The notes: generated by a model from the letters alone, not told the origin. A DNA stretch of 63,667 nucleotides, filler included, from Choristocarpus tenellus KU-1152 (GCA_964200185.2; 12 parts of 12 records of this genome joined end to end with filler, not necessarily neighbours in it); one strand, 5' to 3'; counted from the first letter of the whole stretch, positions 12,074 through 25,592 are shown. A program made the numbers and translations.

Positions 12074-14705
12074 TCAACCAGCCCCTCTTTTACCAGGGAT
12101 GGTATGAGGAGCACCACGAAAAGCATCATATGCGGCCAAAACAGATGGTGTAATTTGGGGCCTGATCTGTTGCAGGGCCAAGAGCAAGTGCCTCTGGCAC
12201 ACCCTCTCTGCGGATCGGTCTTCTTCCAAGGCACAGATAGACGCCTCTCTACAGAGTGCCACCACCTAGAGGCAAGGGTGTTGGGCAATACAGATACAGG
12301 TCATTCAAAAACGTATAAACATAAAAAAATCTTTACAAAGGGATCCTGTAAACTGAAATTGACATACAGGCAGTTCAGTAGATAGATGTACATTTTCTTT
12401 CTTTTTGCACCAAGGTCCATACCCCAAAATATAAGGGTCACCCCGGTAAGTAAACAATGAGTGTACATTCTTTCTTATCTTAGTTATACTACCTGTGCGC
12501 AATCCTTTCCCCCTGCCCCCCCCCCAAAAAAACCCTACGCTACCATACATGAGTTTTATGTTGGGAGGCGTAACAGGGAGTGTCATCCCTTCAGAACACA
12601 GCCAACATAATAATACATGCAAATCATCACACCCATGCATCCCCTCATAAAACCAAGAACATATGCACTAGGCACTCCACAACTTCTCCAATCCTCAATC
12701 ATCATTTTAAACACACAAACCTCAGCCCCCGAGAATCCTGCTGTCTTGTCCGCCAGTAATCTTGAATCCACGTCCTCAGAGGTAGGCACAGACCCCAGTG
12801 AGATACGCAGGATCTCCTCTCTGGAGGCGAGGTCTGGGGGGGGGACATACACCAAACGATCCAGGCGTCCTGGCCGCAGGAGGGCCGGGTCAATTACATC
12901 AGGCCGGTTGGTGGCAGCTACAACAACCACACGCTTGAGTAGCTGAATCCCATCCAGTTCTGTAAGAAGCTGTAGGATCAACGCAATGCAGGGTTCCGGG
13001 GATGTGGAACTGGATGGGTGAATTGCGAGGTGTGTTGGGCAAAGGTGTAATCGGGACAAAAGCATCATTTGGGTGTTTCCACATTGCACTATAAAAGTTA
13101 ATAGCTTGACTCTTGATTGCTGGTTCTTGATGAAAATTGGTGCAAAAAATGCCATTAAACTACTAGTATTTTGTTTTTGGATGGTCTTGCACAGCGTTTT
13201 GATATATTTTATTTGTAGTTATGCCTACAAAACGCAAGGCGGTGATCACTTAACACAGCGTTGCCCCACAGATCATTATCATCAATCACTCCAAATGTTT
13301 TGGTGTTTGAATTTTCCACTTACCACCAAATGGCTACCCCACCCGAATTACCCACCAAAAAGTACTTCACGAGTTAGAGTCAGGTACGAGACTCCATATT
13401 TTACAACTTGAAACTACAAATATTTTCCCAATCTTTCTAGGCAAATCAAAAAGTGAATAACCAACTATTTGCAAAAATGCCACTTTGTGCCTCATACATT
13501 GTTGGTAGGGTCTGGTGGCACCAAAAGGTGGTTGGCTGCAATATTAATACAAAACCCTAACCCTATACTCCTCACCTTTACATGTACACACTACATTGTT
13601 CTCTTACTGAACTTAATCCATAGGAGAGACCTAACGATTGTCCACTTCATGCTGAGGGTACTGGAGGAAGAGAGGAGATCAGAAAAGTCCGACCTGTTCA
13701 ATTGTTAAATAAAAAATAAAATCTACTTCCAACATTCAACTCCGTAACCAACCACTCCACCAACTTGCATGGCACTCAGCACCTCTAAATATTGTCCTTA
13801 CCTGAGTGAGAACACGTTCAGTGGCCCCAGCCCCAGTGCCACCACCACGCTTGCAGGCCAGGGCATCAACCTCGTCAAAAAACACAATGGTAGGGGCAGC
13901 AGCCCTGGCCCTCTTAAACAGGGACTGCAGAGCACGTTCGGATTCGCCTAGCCACTTGCTCAGTAACTCTGGCCCTTTATCAGTGAATGTGTGGGAGTGA
14001 TTTAGGTCACCAGGCATGGTGGGCTGGTTCAAGTAGAGCCATGGTAGGTGTTTCTGGTTCAGGCATTGATAGAGGGACTACTCAAAGCCATTGATATGTA
14101 GGACCCAGAGGATACGGTAAACTTGTTGCTTTGACTAAAAAAAAAAAGGCTATGCTAACTCTTCAATTCATTCCATTTATTTGGGCTGAGGATAGTGGAC
14201 AGAACAAGGGAAAAAGTAGATGAATTGTTTACAACGAGACTATTGGTGGGACGGTTTGGGTAGGAACAAAATGCCATGATTGAAACAAGCACTATTTGAC
14301 CTTGAATTGCATCGAGAGGCTTGGCTTCCCAATTGAACACTGCCGTAAATACATGCAGGCAGGATTGGGTATCAAGGCAAAGAGTATGCAGTGTTGTCGA
14401 CCAATGAGATGATGAGTACAATCTATTCTGCGGCAGGATGATCGACAATCACTACAACATCGCAAATAACCCAACCGCAAGAAAAATAAGCAAGAGACCA
14501 GCTAGAGATGAAGAAAGTATAGGAAGAGGTAACCCTGACCTGACCTTTCACAGCGAGGAAGTTCATGCCCGACTCAGTCGCCAGAGCACGTGCCATGAGT
14601 GTCTTACTGCATCCAGGAGGTCCATACAACAAAACACCTCGGGGGGGGGAGATGCCCATCCTAGCAAACGCCTGAGGAAACTTGAGTGGCCACTCCACCA
14701 CCTCA
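12074..14705 (-). CDS. AFG2: AFG2/SPATA5 (Drg1)-type CDC48-family AAA+ ATPase, second AAA domain and C terminus (5' truncated)
   Basis: Exons 14705-14545, 13974-13802, 12969-12721 and 12265-12074 splice in phase with GT-AG. Motifs: Walker [25 protein letters not shown], Walker B FFDEVDA, and [25 protein letters not shown] is typical of the AFG2/SPATA5 D2 domain. Confidence 0.9.
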
Positions 14706-14805
14706 NNNNNNNNNNNNNNNNNNNNNNNNNNNNNNNNNNNNNNNNNNNNTTAATTAATTAANNNNNNNNNNNNNNNNNNNNNNNNNNNNNNNNNNNNNNN
14801 NNNNN

Positions 14806-15250
14806 GGGTTGAGTGGTGTTGAATGGTGTGGTGGAGCGGAAAGTGGTGTGGGGTTGACAGGGGTGAATGGTGGGGTGGAGTGGAAAGTGATGGTGACTTG
14901 GAAATCAGTGGCGAAGGGGTCGCACTGGTCGGTCATCAGATGTGGTTGGTGACTGGATATCAGTGGCGAAGGGGTCACACTGGTTGGTGATTAGATATGG
15001 TTAGTGACTGGAAATCAGTGATGAAGGGGTCGCATTGGTTGGTCATCGAATGTGGTTGGTGACTGGAAATCAGCGGCAAAGGGGGTTTGCACTGGTTGGT
15101 CACGGGATAGCTTGGTGGCTGGAAGTCAGTGACGGAAGGGCCGCACTGGTTGGTCACAAGTGGTGTTACAATGGGGGGATAGAATAGGTGGAAATGCAAA
15201 CATAAAATCATTTATAATAATCCAGATTTCGTGAGCAAAGCAAAATATAT
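14806..15250 (+). repeat. Dispersed element with five tandem ~55-bp units; second copy at 21255-21512
   Basis: Unit GGTGACTGGAAATCAGTGGCGAAGGGGTCGCACTGGTTGGTCATC... starts at 14892, 14948, 15003, 15058 and 15114. Flanks GAGTGGTGTTGA and ATAATAATCCAGA.TTCGTGAGCAAA are shared with the second locus. Confidence 0.8.
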
Positions 15251-16209
15251 ATTACACATATTTCGTCACACACCTGGAATAATGCTTCGATTTTGTCTGA
15301 AAAAGAGGAAACAAGGAGATTAGGGATTTTGGGATGTAGAGATGATGTACCTGTAATGGGTGTGCACGTTTGGTACCGTTGAATTGTGCCTATTAAATCC
15401 ATCGTAGCATTGGCCCCCACCACACCCGGGAAGGAAATGATGAGTTAATTGAAAATGCGATGGCTAATATTTTCTTTTAGAGTGTTTTTACAGAGTTCCA
15501 TGTATTGACAAGGACGAGATAATCACTTGAACGTCTGTGTTGTGCATGGCCTTATGTTTTGGAAATGCTTATGTAATTTTGGAGAGGCTGTGGAGGGCCT
15601 CCCACGTGCCATGCAATGAGAAAGGAACGGAAAGCACCTAATAAGTAAAAAAAGGTGCATGATTAGGGACTTTGGAGATGGTATGTTTAGGAGGGGGTAA
15701 GGAGAGAGGGAAACGCATGTATTTGTCATGACCACAGCTACTGATTTCACGATGAATGATATGAATGAAAAAATAGTACGTGTAGAAGATACTGTTATAG
15801 TCATTTTACATAACAAGGCACTGATATAAAAATCGTTGCTGATATCAAAATCATGAAATGACAACGATGACGGCATTACTTGTCCAAGGGAAATGTGTGT
15901 CCCATGACAAGGGTGGCGAAAAAGGGAGTGGGAAAGAAGGCAATTATGCATGGAACTGTGTTAGCAATAAACGCAACAAGAGCGTAGTGTGTACCCATAA
16001 AGAGTTGGACTATACAGCGAATGGATGACTCTAACAGCCAATGTCTACACTTAAGGTTTTGTTATATTTTGCATCATCACAAGCAAGATTATGCTTACAT
16101 TGAGGGTTACAAATGGCTCCGTTTGAGTAGAAATAAACGCATGAGACTGACTAAGGCTGCAGGGCACATTGTTTCAATGGAGGGTTCGTTATCCAGTGGA
16201 TACCACACT

Positions 16210-16468
16210 GAGTGAAAGTATCTTAGAAGGTACGAGTTTTGCCCTGTTTGTCCATTTGAGGCTTGGCTTCCCATGGGGTTTTTTATGACATCTTCCTACT
16301 CCAAAATGTTTCAGAGTAGGTAAAATGTATACCTTATGAAAATGTTTGACCACAACATGGATATTGACACTTCCTAACAAACACTATGACCAAAATTACA
16401 TCAAAATTGCAACATTGAATTTTGACCCCCAAATGGACGCGGCTGTACCCTCTAAGATACTTTGGCTC
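16210..16468 (+). mobile_element. MITE subfamily A
   Basis: GAGTGAAAGTATC...GATACTTTGGCTC; ACT TSD. Confidence 0.88.
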
Positions 16469-16937
16469 ACTATCGCACTTCCTCGAGTATCCCACGCTGT
16501 AGGGTCAGCGATTATGTACATGAGGGAACTCTTCCTTTTTAGGGAACCACAATATTCTTCAGCAACTACCACCACTAAAAACAATTACATCATTGATGAG
16601 CTGTTTTCGATCCATTTTGACGTCACCAAGGAACCATTGACCACTCTTTTCGACCCAGTTAGATTGCTTTTCGGACTATTTCTATGTGTATGTCTTTTGA
16701 GGAACGATGTTAGCACTTTGCACCACATTTTGGGGATGAATTTGGGGATGATTTTGGCACTTTGTACCATGTATTTGAGGACGTGTTCTCTTTATGGATC
16801 ATTTTTGATTTTTTCCATTTTTATCATGTTTTTGAGGATGCATTTATATTCTTGGATCATTATAGCACTTTATAACATGTTTTGGGGACATTTTTTTTCA
16901 TGTTTTTTGCAACTGAACTACACATTAGAATCATCAT

Positions 16938-17265
16938 CTCCCGTCTGTCAGCCAGACCGGTCCCCCAATTTTTTTTAACATGTCCTGGTCCATGTCCACC
17001 ACCTGTTGAACCAGTCCGAGTCCACCTACTGGACCAGGGCAAACATTCTCTAACATGTCCGGACAATGTCCTCAGAGTATATTGTATAGGTTCAGGTGGA
17101 CCAGCGGGATCGAGTCCACATTCTATATAACATCTTCGGACCATGTGGACTGGAGAATTGTTGCCTTCCGTGGCCGCTGGATGACCAGCGTAACGTTTCC
17201 CCTGCATGCCCAGACCATGTCCACTTGTGTTGTATACCAGTCCACCATCGACAATGTGTACGTCA
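16938..17265 (+). repeat. Dispersed repeat, inverted and internally deleted homolog at 63105-63300
   Basis: TGCATGCCCAGACCATGTCCACTTGTGTTGTATA and TCCCGTCTGTCAGCCAGACCGGTCCCCCAA match the reverse complement of 63168-63200 and 63268-63298. Confidence 0.6.
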
Positions 17266-18789
17266 CGTCGAAGGTTTTGTGATACTGAAGTACTGTGTGT
17301 TAATATATTGTACCCTTTCAAATATTCTCCACGGTTTCTTGGTTCGAAACCATCACGAATATATGTATGTACGTACGTGTGTACAGTGAGAATGTCAAGA
17401 GGGGTATATGCCAGGAACTTGTTTTTTGTTCACATATTTTCTATATATAGACATTTGACCGTTGATAAATGAGTGTCCAAATACAGCATATAATCCCAAA
17501 ATACACCTTGATATCATAAATCGCCCCACACCCACACACCCAACATACAACGACGATGTAGTTGTATGAAATTTGTAAGTTTTATACCCTAAAATGATAC
17601 TACTACTAGAAATTTTAGTAGTTGAGAATATTATAACCTCAAAGTACATACTATATTTTGTACATGCAATATGATAGTATTAGCGTGTTTGCTCAAAATG
17701 AAATATATCATCCAAATTTGTGTAACAGTGATAAGAAAATCCACGACGAAAATCAGATTGCGCGAGATTAAATTCGCTATCAAAAACAAAAAATGCACCA
17801 AACAAGAAGCGCTACCCAAAGGTGATGGGCAAATTCAAACTATCGTCAACAACAGGGTTAGTGGGTCTTTTGGGACGAAAGAGCAGTCTGCCGTAGCCTG
17901 TGTTAGCTTCCGTCTATTTCGACCCTTCCCTGGACATTCCTCAGTGGATTGAGCGATGGAGATAGGTTTTTGTCCGAATGGTGTCGACTTCTATCGCTCG
18001 CCCTGTCTGTGCCTAAAGCAAGTGGGAATCGAAGGGCAGGATGGGGAACGGATGTGACTAATTAAACGGGTTTTGATACATTGCTTGTTGGAATTGAATG
18101 AGGTCCGCATTTCGCAGGAACTGAAGCAGGTTGTTTGTTTACGGTAGCACAGACAGCAGGTGAGAGGATTTCTGAGTTTAAACAGGCTGAAGCATCGGTG
18201 CGAGGGTTGCCAGTACACTGTTGACAACCTCTTTGTGTGGCGGTGAAGTTTGTCGTGCATTGACGTCCTGTTCTGGCGAGGTAGTCCTAGTTCCTGCCCA
18301 ATGATCGGGGCTTCGGCTGAGCCAGCGAAAGGGTGTGACATGCTAGCAAACATAAAGCGCATCTCCCATAGTACCCAAACCATTGTGAGTCTTGTCCTTG
18401 TACATTGCAGCTTTTGTAGCATTTTGGTTGGCTAAAACAAATGCGAATTGGTCGCTTCGATTTGGTAATTCCTCTATGAGATCATATTTAACCTTTGAGT
18501 GTTGCCCCGAGGATCTTACCGAGGCCATAATGTTTTTACTATAGTGGTACCAGTACTTTCGCCCTCTGGGGTTGTCCCGTCATAACCTTTGATGTAGAAA
18601 TCGAATTAAAAACATAAAAGCACATTCGTGACGCCCGTCACAATTTGTTTTTGTTTTTCGCCTTTTAATAATTTTTGGAAGAAAGAGCGCTCATATTGGG
18701 GTTCGAACCCTGGATTGCGGGTCACCAAGAGTGGCAGCAGATATGCTATTACTTGATTAAAGTATAGACAGGAAAAAAGCCTCCCGACC

Positions 18790-19010
18790 CTTTCTTCCTG
18801 TGTGTTCGCGCACCTACTCTTTGACCTCGGCAAGAATGTCCTCGTCGAGGCCCAGAACGAAATGCCTCTCGTCGCGCCCTTGCTCCGACTCCTTGATATG
18901 GCCCTTAGTTAGAAAGTCTCTCTCCCATTTACTCACATTTTCCGACCTGACTATCGCCTATCCTGTTGCCATCTTGAGCGCTGTTTGACCGTCTTTCCCA
19001 TCGTTCATAC
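18790..19010 (-). pseudogene. N-terminal (HTH-side) fragment of an IS630/Tc1-like transposase
   Basis: Reads VSKWERDFLTKGHIKESEQGRDERHFVLGLDEDILAEVKE*VRE, resembling the WxRxF..G...S..G.H....L.DEDI motif of eukaryotic IS630-like transposases. In-frame stops. Confidence 0.4.
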
Positions 19011-19043
19011 AGAGGTGCAGGATTCGCAGTGTTAGAGCCCTTA

Positions 19044-19109
19044 GACTTAAAGTATCTGGGGGGGAGGGGGGGGGGGGGCTACACCAGCGTGTCCATTTGG
19101 GCCAAAATC
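19044..19109 (+). mobile_element. MITE subfamily B end, truncated at contig edge
   Basis: GACTTAAAGTATCTGGGGG...CTACACCAGCGTGTCCATTTGGG. Confidence 0.75.
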
Positions 19110-19522
19110 NNNNNNNNNNNNNNNNNNNNNNNNNNNNNNNNNNNNNNNNNNNNTTAATTAATTAANNNNNNNNNNNNNNNNNNNNNNNNNNNNNNNNNNN
19201 NNNNNNNNNCTTCAAAAGTGCCACAACATTTACAAAAAAAAACATATGGGCACTGTCCGCGCACCATTCCGGGTCTCGTTCATCCTCAACAAAATGCTCC
19301 ATCCTCAATTTTGGTGATCAACTGTTCTAGCTCCTCGCCCGCGGGTGTAGGGCTAACCTAGATTGGAGGCATAGGAAGGGAGTGGTATGGCATAGTTGGT
19401 AGTAAAATAGTAAATAGATGATAGAAAAAATGTCTATCACATTTACGACAACTTTTACTTTTTCAGGGAGGGGTTGTGACATTTTATTGACTTTTCATTG
19501 GTTTTCACCCAGACACAAAATT

Positions 19523-19781
19523 GAGTGAAAAGTATCTTAGAGGGTACGAGTTTTTTCCCTGTTTGTCCATTTGGGGCTAGGCTTCCCACGGGTATTTAAT
19601 GACATTGCACCTACTCCAAAACTTTTTGGAGTAGGTAAATGCATACATTATGAAAAGGAGAGTCCGGAACAAGGATGTTGACATCTTCTAACAAACATGA
19701 TACCCAAAATTATATCAAAATCGCAATATTGGATTTTGGACACTAAATAGACGCGGCTCTACCCTCGAAATATTTTGACTC
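19523..19781 (+). mobile_element. MITE subfamily A
   Basis: GAGTGAAAAGTATC...TATTTTGACTC; ATT TSD. Confidence 0.85.
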
Positions 19782-21254
19782 ATTAATATACTTCAAAGTA
19801 GTAGTTACGGATGTGTTGAAAAACGGGAGCAGCCTGCAGGAACACCACCATCAGATCTCTTCCTGAGTGAAACTAGCTAAGGGGTGGGTAAATCTCGACC
19901 GTTTTGAGTTCTAGACTTCTCTCTTTACCCTTGTGATATGCACACCGAAGTAGTACCTGAAAAAATACAGTTTACTCCCCCTTTGGAAGGTATGGGTGTA
20001 GAAGAGAAGACCAGGTGTGAACATTTTGTGAGCTGGAAGCACACACTCCACAATGCTTAGGAGTCAAACCAACTGAGAGGAAGGCAGGGTTACATTTTAA
20101 GGATCCCGAGAAAAGGGCAAAAATGTGCCATTTTGTACAATTGCCGAGAAAGCCTTTGCTGAAATGAGGCATCTTTTTGTTTTCGTGGAAGTTTTTTTTT
20201 TGCAATCTAATTATTTTGCGTACAATAATATTGTGTACATCAAGCGATGCAATAGGGAGTATTGCACAGACAGGGTAAGAAGAGCGGCTTAGAACGCAGA
20301 AGGGTTCAAACTTGCCTACCTGTCAATTGGTTTGACTCTCAAAACAATTAGATGTATCACAACACGGTAGTTGGAACCACGATTATCGTTTTCAAGTGCC
20401 CAGTCTAATCTCAACCCTTAGACTTTTGAGAATCCACCTTAAATGATGTATCACTCACTTGTTAATCAATGGTATAGTTGTACAGTATTTTTTGGGATTT
20501 GTTACATATTATTAGGTGTTTCGATCGAGTGATGTGAAGAGAAAGTCGTCGAGGTAATGGGTGACGCAAGTGTCTCTACCTGGTGACCTAGGATTTCACA
20601 CAGATGCCATGTATGTGTCTCTATATTGTCAACTATATCACCATCGCCACATACTACACACCAACATGCATGAAACGTTTTTTTCTCTATTATAGGAAGG
20701 ACAAAACGGTGCAACTCTCGCATGATTAACTGGAATTTGTTCCTGGACGCTACTCCTACAACTCTGTTCATTGTACCCATCGCATGAAGGGGTCTTTAGT
20801 GCCGCATAGATAGGTAACGAAGGTAAGATGGAGAGCCTACATCATACCATGATTAATGTGAGAGTTTATGAAGTAATCTGAGCTTTGTGGGCGGAAGAAT
20901 TCTGGTTGGGGGCACAGGACAAGCGTGGGAGGGGAAAGAAAAAGAAAGAAAAAGAAAGAAGCAGGAAGAGAAGGAATAGTTAAGGAAGGAACGAGATGTT
21001 AATGGAAATGAGTGGCAGGACAGCAGCGAGTCAGTGAAAAGAGAGAAAGAAAACCAGGGGTACAAGACGAGGAGGGGAGACCAACGCAACCTCCGAGCAA
21101 GCTTCTCCCACCCACCCACCCTGTAGCTTGCTCACGAACGACGGAAACGCTGGGAAAAGGGGGAGGGAGGGGAGGTCAAGTTACGGCGGGGTAGATGTCT
21201 TCTAGCTCAAAGGCACGGTTTGAAGTGGATCATGAAGCGGTGTTCTTGGATTAT

Positions 21255-21512
21255 TGTGGAGTGGTGTTGAGTGGTGTGAGAACTGCTGTGGGGTTGAGGG
21301 GAGTGGTAACTTGTGTGGGTTGAAAGGATGACTGGCAATCAGTGACGAAGGGCATTCGCACTGGTTGGTCATCAAAGGGGGATGGCTGGCAATCAGTGGC
21401 GAAGGGCAGTCACAATGGTTGGCCATCAAATGGGGAATAGAGAATAGAGGAATGGAAAATTAGGAATGAGCAAATAATAATAATCCAGAATTCGTGAGCA
21501 AAACAAAATATT
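21255..21512 (+). repeat. Second copy of the 55-bp-unit dispersed element (two units)
   Basis: Homologous to 14806-15250. Confidence 0.75.
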
Positions 21513-21899
21513 ATGATGTATGACGTGTTGTAGGGGAGTTCGTGCTAAAAGATAGTAGTGATGAAACCGATCAATAAGAAAACTATTTTTTCGTATAGAC
21601 ACAAGATTTACGGTGCACAACAAGACAGCGATGGAAAAGGTCGGCTCTCACCTATGGATCCATGTCTTCTCCGCCCGTTCTCTTCCTCGCAAAGGTCGTC
21701 ATAGGAGCGACAAACCAAATTGGGTATTGATAGCAAAGGTTTGTATACGCCCTACGAATTTCACCTCGCCTACATGAGCCGCAATACGAGGTGGAAGAGT
21801 CCCAACGGTCAAACATGACGATTCTACAACTCGTGATGGTGGCAACCTACGTAGAGTCAAGATCATCAGATGTAACATCCAAATTCCGTGCAAACAACC

Positions 21900-22600
21900 T
21901 TTCTACACTCCGTTCTGTTTTCTTCACAATGCTGACCTATTAGATTCAGCAAGGCACCAACACACACGAAGTTCAGCACGCGACAAAGCCTACAAGGTGA
22001 TTCTTTCGGTGCCAACCTGTCAACACTTCACTCGAGTCGGGTGTTTCCCTGGTTCTTGAAATAGGTTGCAGCTTTCTTGTGTTCGCCCTCAGGGGTCACG
22101 GTTCGCTTTTCTCCATGCTTAGGTCCCTTTCAACACTTTGGCTCACAGCAGATAAATCCTAGATTGCACGCTCCTGTAGACTCAAGTGTAGTGAAATATT
22201 GATCTCCAAGAAAGTCAGGAGCGCAGAACTCTAGTCCTTACTTCTGAGGTGCATGATATCAGCTCTTTCGATACTCACAATCTTTCACCAAAGGGATGGG
22301 TCATGGAACGAGATGTTGAGTGTGGAGCTTAGTGGTGGAGATGTGGATTCAAAGGATCTTCGCCTGGACATAGTGGATTCTGGCGCTAAAAATGAAATCC
22401 TTACAGGGTGCCTTGTTCAGCTCCATGATCTCGTGCCATGGAATTCCTACAACCTTGAGGTAGGGGTGCAAGTAATTGCTACTGTGCAGATCCCTAACCT
22501 CTACGAGGCATACGACGGGTGTCAACTCTAATAATAGTGTATGTGTACCCCCTCAGCTTTTCAGTGCTTCTGGTCGATAGGCACTGGCATTCAGTGTATA
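21900..22600 (-). mobile_element. Very degenerate gypsy-like integrase relic
   Basis: Minus strand fragments resemble the L.EFH.....H zinc-binding region and the PxxPF..VS motif. Heavily disrupted. Confidence 0.28.
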
Positions 22601-23231
22601 GCGAGGTCTTGATTCCATTCTGCATTCCCTCGCCCTAGTCATTTCTTTGTATTTGTGGGGTTTCGGTTTTTGTACCGAGCTCTCATGGATTTTTCGAAAG
22701 GTTCCTCCAAAACACTGCAGATCACCTGATAAGAAACCGAGATGAAAAATATCTGTTTTGTAGTCAGCCCGGTTGTTATCCCCCCAATGCTAGACTCTAC
22801 TTCCTTTCTGTCCTGTAACATTGACTGACCAAAATAGATGTAAGCATGCAGGGCTCTAGGCATAAAAAAAAAAGGTCCCTTTGCAGAAAGAGAATAATAA
22901 CGAGATACTGAGCTTGTACCAAGTGTAGGTAGGGGCGTGTGTTAGTCTCAACTCAACCCACCATGCAACAAGATATTTTTTTGAAATATATAAAACGAGT
23001 TAGAGCATGGTGTGTAAGGAACATTCTTGAGAAGAAGAAGAAGAAGGTGTTATTCAAAATGACACACAACACACAACGCACAACACACAACACACAAAGG
23101 AAATGAACCCTTCACTTTATTGGACTGTTGTTTTATCACAAGAAGACCAACTGTACAAACTGTCAGGCAAACATGAATAGGTACGGTTTTCACTCGATCA
23201 GACCCTCAAGCGAGCCACGAACGCCCTCTCT

Positions 23232-23434
23232 TGGTCAAAGCATATCTGGGAGGGATGGGGGGGGGGGGCAGGGGGGGGATGGGTCTACACCAGGATGTCC
23301 ATTCAGGTCCTGACCAGGAGAAATGAACTTACATTATCCATCCGACGCATGCAACGAAATCACCCAAAAATCGCATCATGGAAAAATGGGACCCGAATGG
23401 ACTGCTCCCCCCCCTCCCCCAGATACTTTGAGCA
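23232..23434 (+). mobile_element. MITE subfamily B, complete copy
   Basis: TGGTCAAAGCATATCTGGGAGG...CCCCCAGATACTTTGAGCA; TCT TSD. Confidence 0.8.
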
Positions 23435-23655
23435 TCTGCAGACTCAACGACTCCTAAAACTGGCAGGTAGCTCTGCCCAAAAAGGTATCCCTAAGTGTGG
23501 CATTGCGTCTCGAGGTAGGAGACCCCGCAGTGCCTGTGCAGTGCCTGCTTCAATTGGAGGCGCAATCACTGACCTTTCCTGAGGGCATGCCTCTTCCTGG
23601 AGTGAGGAGGGAGGCGGGTGCCACAATCATGTCGACCATCCAGTGCATGCTAAAA

Positions 23656-23875
23656 GTATGTATGTATGTATATATGTATATATGTATGTATGTATGTGTG
23701 TATGCGTGTATGTATGTATATATGTATGTAGTATGTATGTATGTATGTATGTGTATATATGCACCTGGGCGATGGTGGAGTCTTCCCCATTATAAACAGC
23801 AGCGTTTTGAGACATAAGCTGTACATCCGCAAAGAACGCCTTCGATGCCACAATCATGTTGCCCCACCCCACCAC

Positions 23876-23915
<40 letters not shown>
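23656..23915. repeat. Microsatellites (TATG)n at 23656-23760 and (GA)n at 23876-23915
   Basis: Read directly from the sequence. Confidence 0.9.
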
Positions 23916-23944
23916 GAGGGGCCTTGGCATTTGCAGCGCTCCCT

Positions 23945-24266
23945 TTTTGGTGCTTTTTTTGTGATTAGGGTTTAGGGTTAAGGGGTGTACTGTTGGTGCT
24001 TTTTTTGTGATTAGGGTTTAGGGTTAAGGGGTGTACTGTTGGTGCTTTTTTTGTGATTAGGGTTAGGGTTAGGGTTGAGGGGTGTACTGTTGATGCTTTT
24101 TTTGTGATTAGGGTTAGGGTTATGGGGTGTGCTGTTGATGTTTTTTTTGTGGGATTAGGGTTAGGGTTATGGGGTGTGCTGTTGATATTTTTTTGTGTGA
24201 TTAGGGTTAGGGTTAAGGGGTGTACTGTTGATGTTTTTTTGTGTGATTAGGGTTAGGGTTAAGGGG
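23945..24266 (+). repeat. Minisatellite of about seven 43-49-bp units, each containing 2-3 TTAGGG/TTTAGGG telomere-like repeats
   Basis: Unit TGTTG(G/A)TGCTTTTTTTGTGATTAGGGTTAGGGTTAAGGGGTGTAC. Confidence 0.9.
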
Positions 24267-25194
24267 TTTGAGCTTGGATGCCACATCGGTAGTAGTGATA
24301 TTATGTTGTGGGATGGGATGGGATGGGATGAGAGGGAACAAGTTGTCTCTGCATCAAACCCCGAAAATTGAAATCTCTTGAGTCAACTCTGGATTAATTG
24401 ATGCTCACACTAAAAAGTTTTTTTTTTAAGTCTGTTTCAGGGGGAAGGGTTATCACTGAGTGTTAAGAGCTAACCCTAACCCTAACCCCGCCATCTGACA
24501 CCCACCGCCTTCTAGGATTGTGGCTTCTAGCAACTAACCCTGAACAGCATTTTTTTTTTTTAAGAAAAAGATATTGAGTCAACAAAACACAGTCACCTAC
24601 CTCCTCTTTCTTCTGGAGCCGCAACCTTCCTAAGAGTTAGGGTTAGGGTTAGGGTTAGCTCGAGTGTTGGGCAAAAAAGAAAAAAAGGACATAAAAAAAT
24701 CAAAATAAATAGATTTTCAGAAGAAAATAAATGATTTCTTTCAGAATAATCCAAGGAAAAACAAGGGTGCATAGAAGTAAAACTCAAACACGCAACAGCG
24801 TCCCCATTCTAAAAAAAAAAACTGATTCTAAAAAAAATTATCTGAGTTGGTATCAAACTCACCAGATGCAACACTAGAAGAGTGTGCCGCCGAGTTTTGA
24901 TAAACACATCTTCTGCAATAGATTCTATCATTTAAGAAATACTCCAGTAGTAATTATGATAAGCTGCAGACAAAGAAGCCCCCCAATGATTCTCACAAAG
25001 AGGGTCCAAAATGGACCCAATCCCCCCCCCCCCACAAAAAAAAAACGAAAACAAAAGAAAAAAAGAAAAACCAGAAGAAAGCCACAACAAAAAANNNNNN
25101 NNNNNNNNNNNNNNNNNNNNNNNNNNNNNNNNNNNNNNTTAATTAATTAANNNNNNNNNNNNNNNNNNNNNNNNNNNNNNNNNNNNNNNNNNNN

Positions 25195-25360
25195 GGGGGG
25201 GGTGGTTTGTGAAGGGGCGTCCGTTTCGGTCAAACTCTTTTTTTTGCTCACATTTCAAATCCGACACGTGCGACCAAATCACACCAAAAAAAAAGAAGTG
25301 AAAATCGAAAAAAAGGGTAAAAAACGGGCGCCGACACCCACTCCCCAGATACCTTGACCC
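25195..25360 (+). mobile_element. MITE subfamily B, diverged, at contig start
   Basis: Ends CCCACTCCCCAGATACCTTGACCC; the internal CCAAATCAC.CCAAAAA is shared with other B copies. Confidence 0.6.
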
Positions 25361-25592
25361 AGATCGCTACAGAGCAGCACTAACCTACAAACACAAAAAA
25401 TATATCTTAAAAAATCTTGGTATCCCCATCAGCATGAGGGTACTAAATGTCCACATGGTCCATGGATGACTAGACCAAACTCTACAAGTATGATACCAAC
25501 TTCCCACACATAGTGTGCACTGCATACAAATGAAGGGCCCCACAGAGCACTACAGAGCAATACTAGAAGCTCGGAGGTTACGTGAGGGCTAC

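Noticed and set aside
14890-15160. CRISPR-like appearance of the 55-, 63- and 78-bp arrays
   Set aside because: Whole units are repeated with no unique spacers, there are no cas genes, and the context is eukaryotic.
16346-16978. 210-aa hydrophobic ORF
   Set aside because: It starts inside a MITE and continues through T-rich low-complexity DNA, with no motif or splice support.
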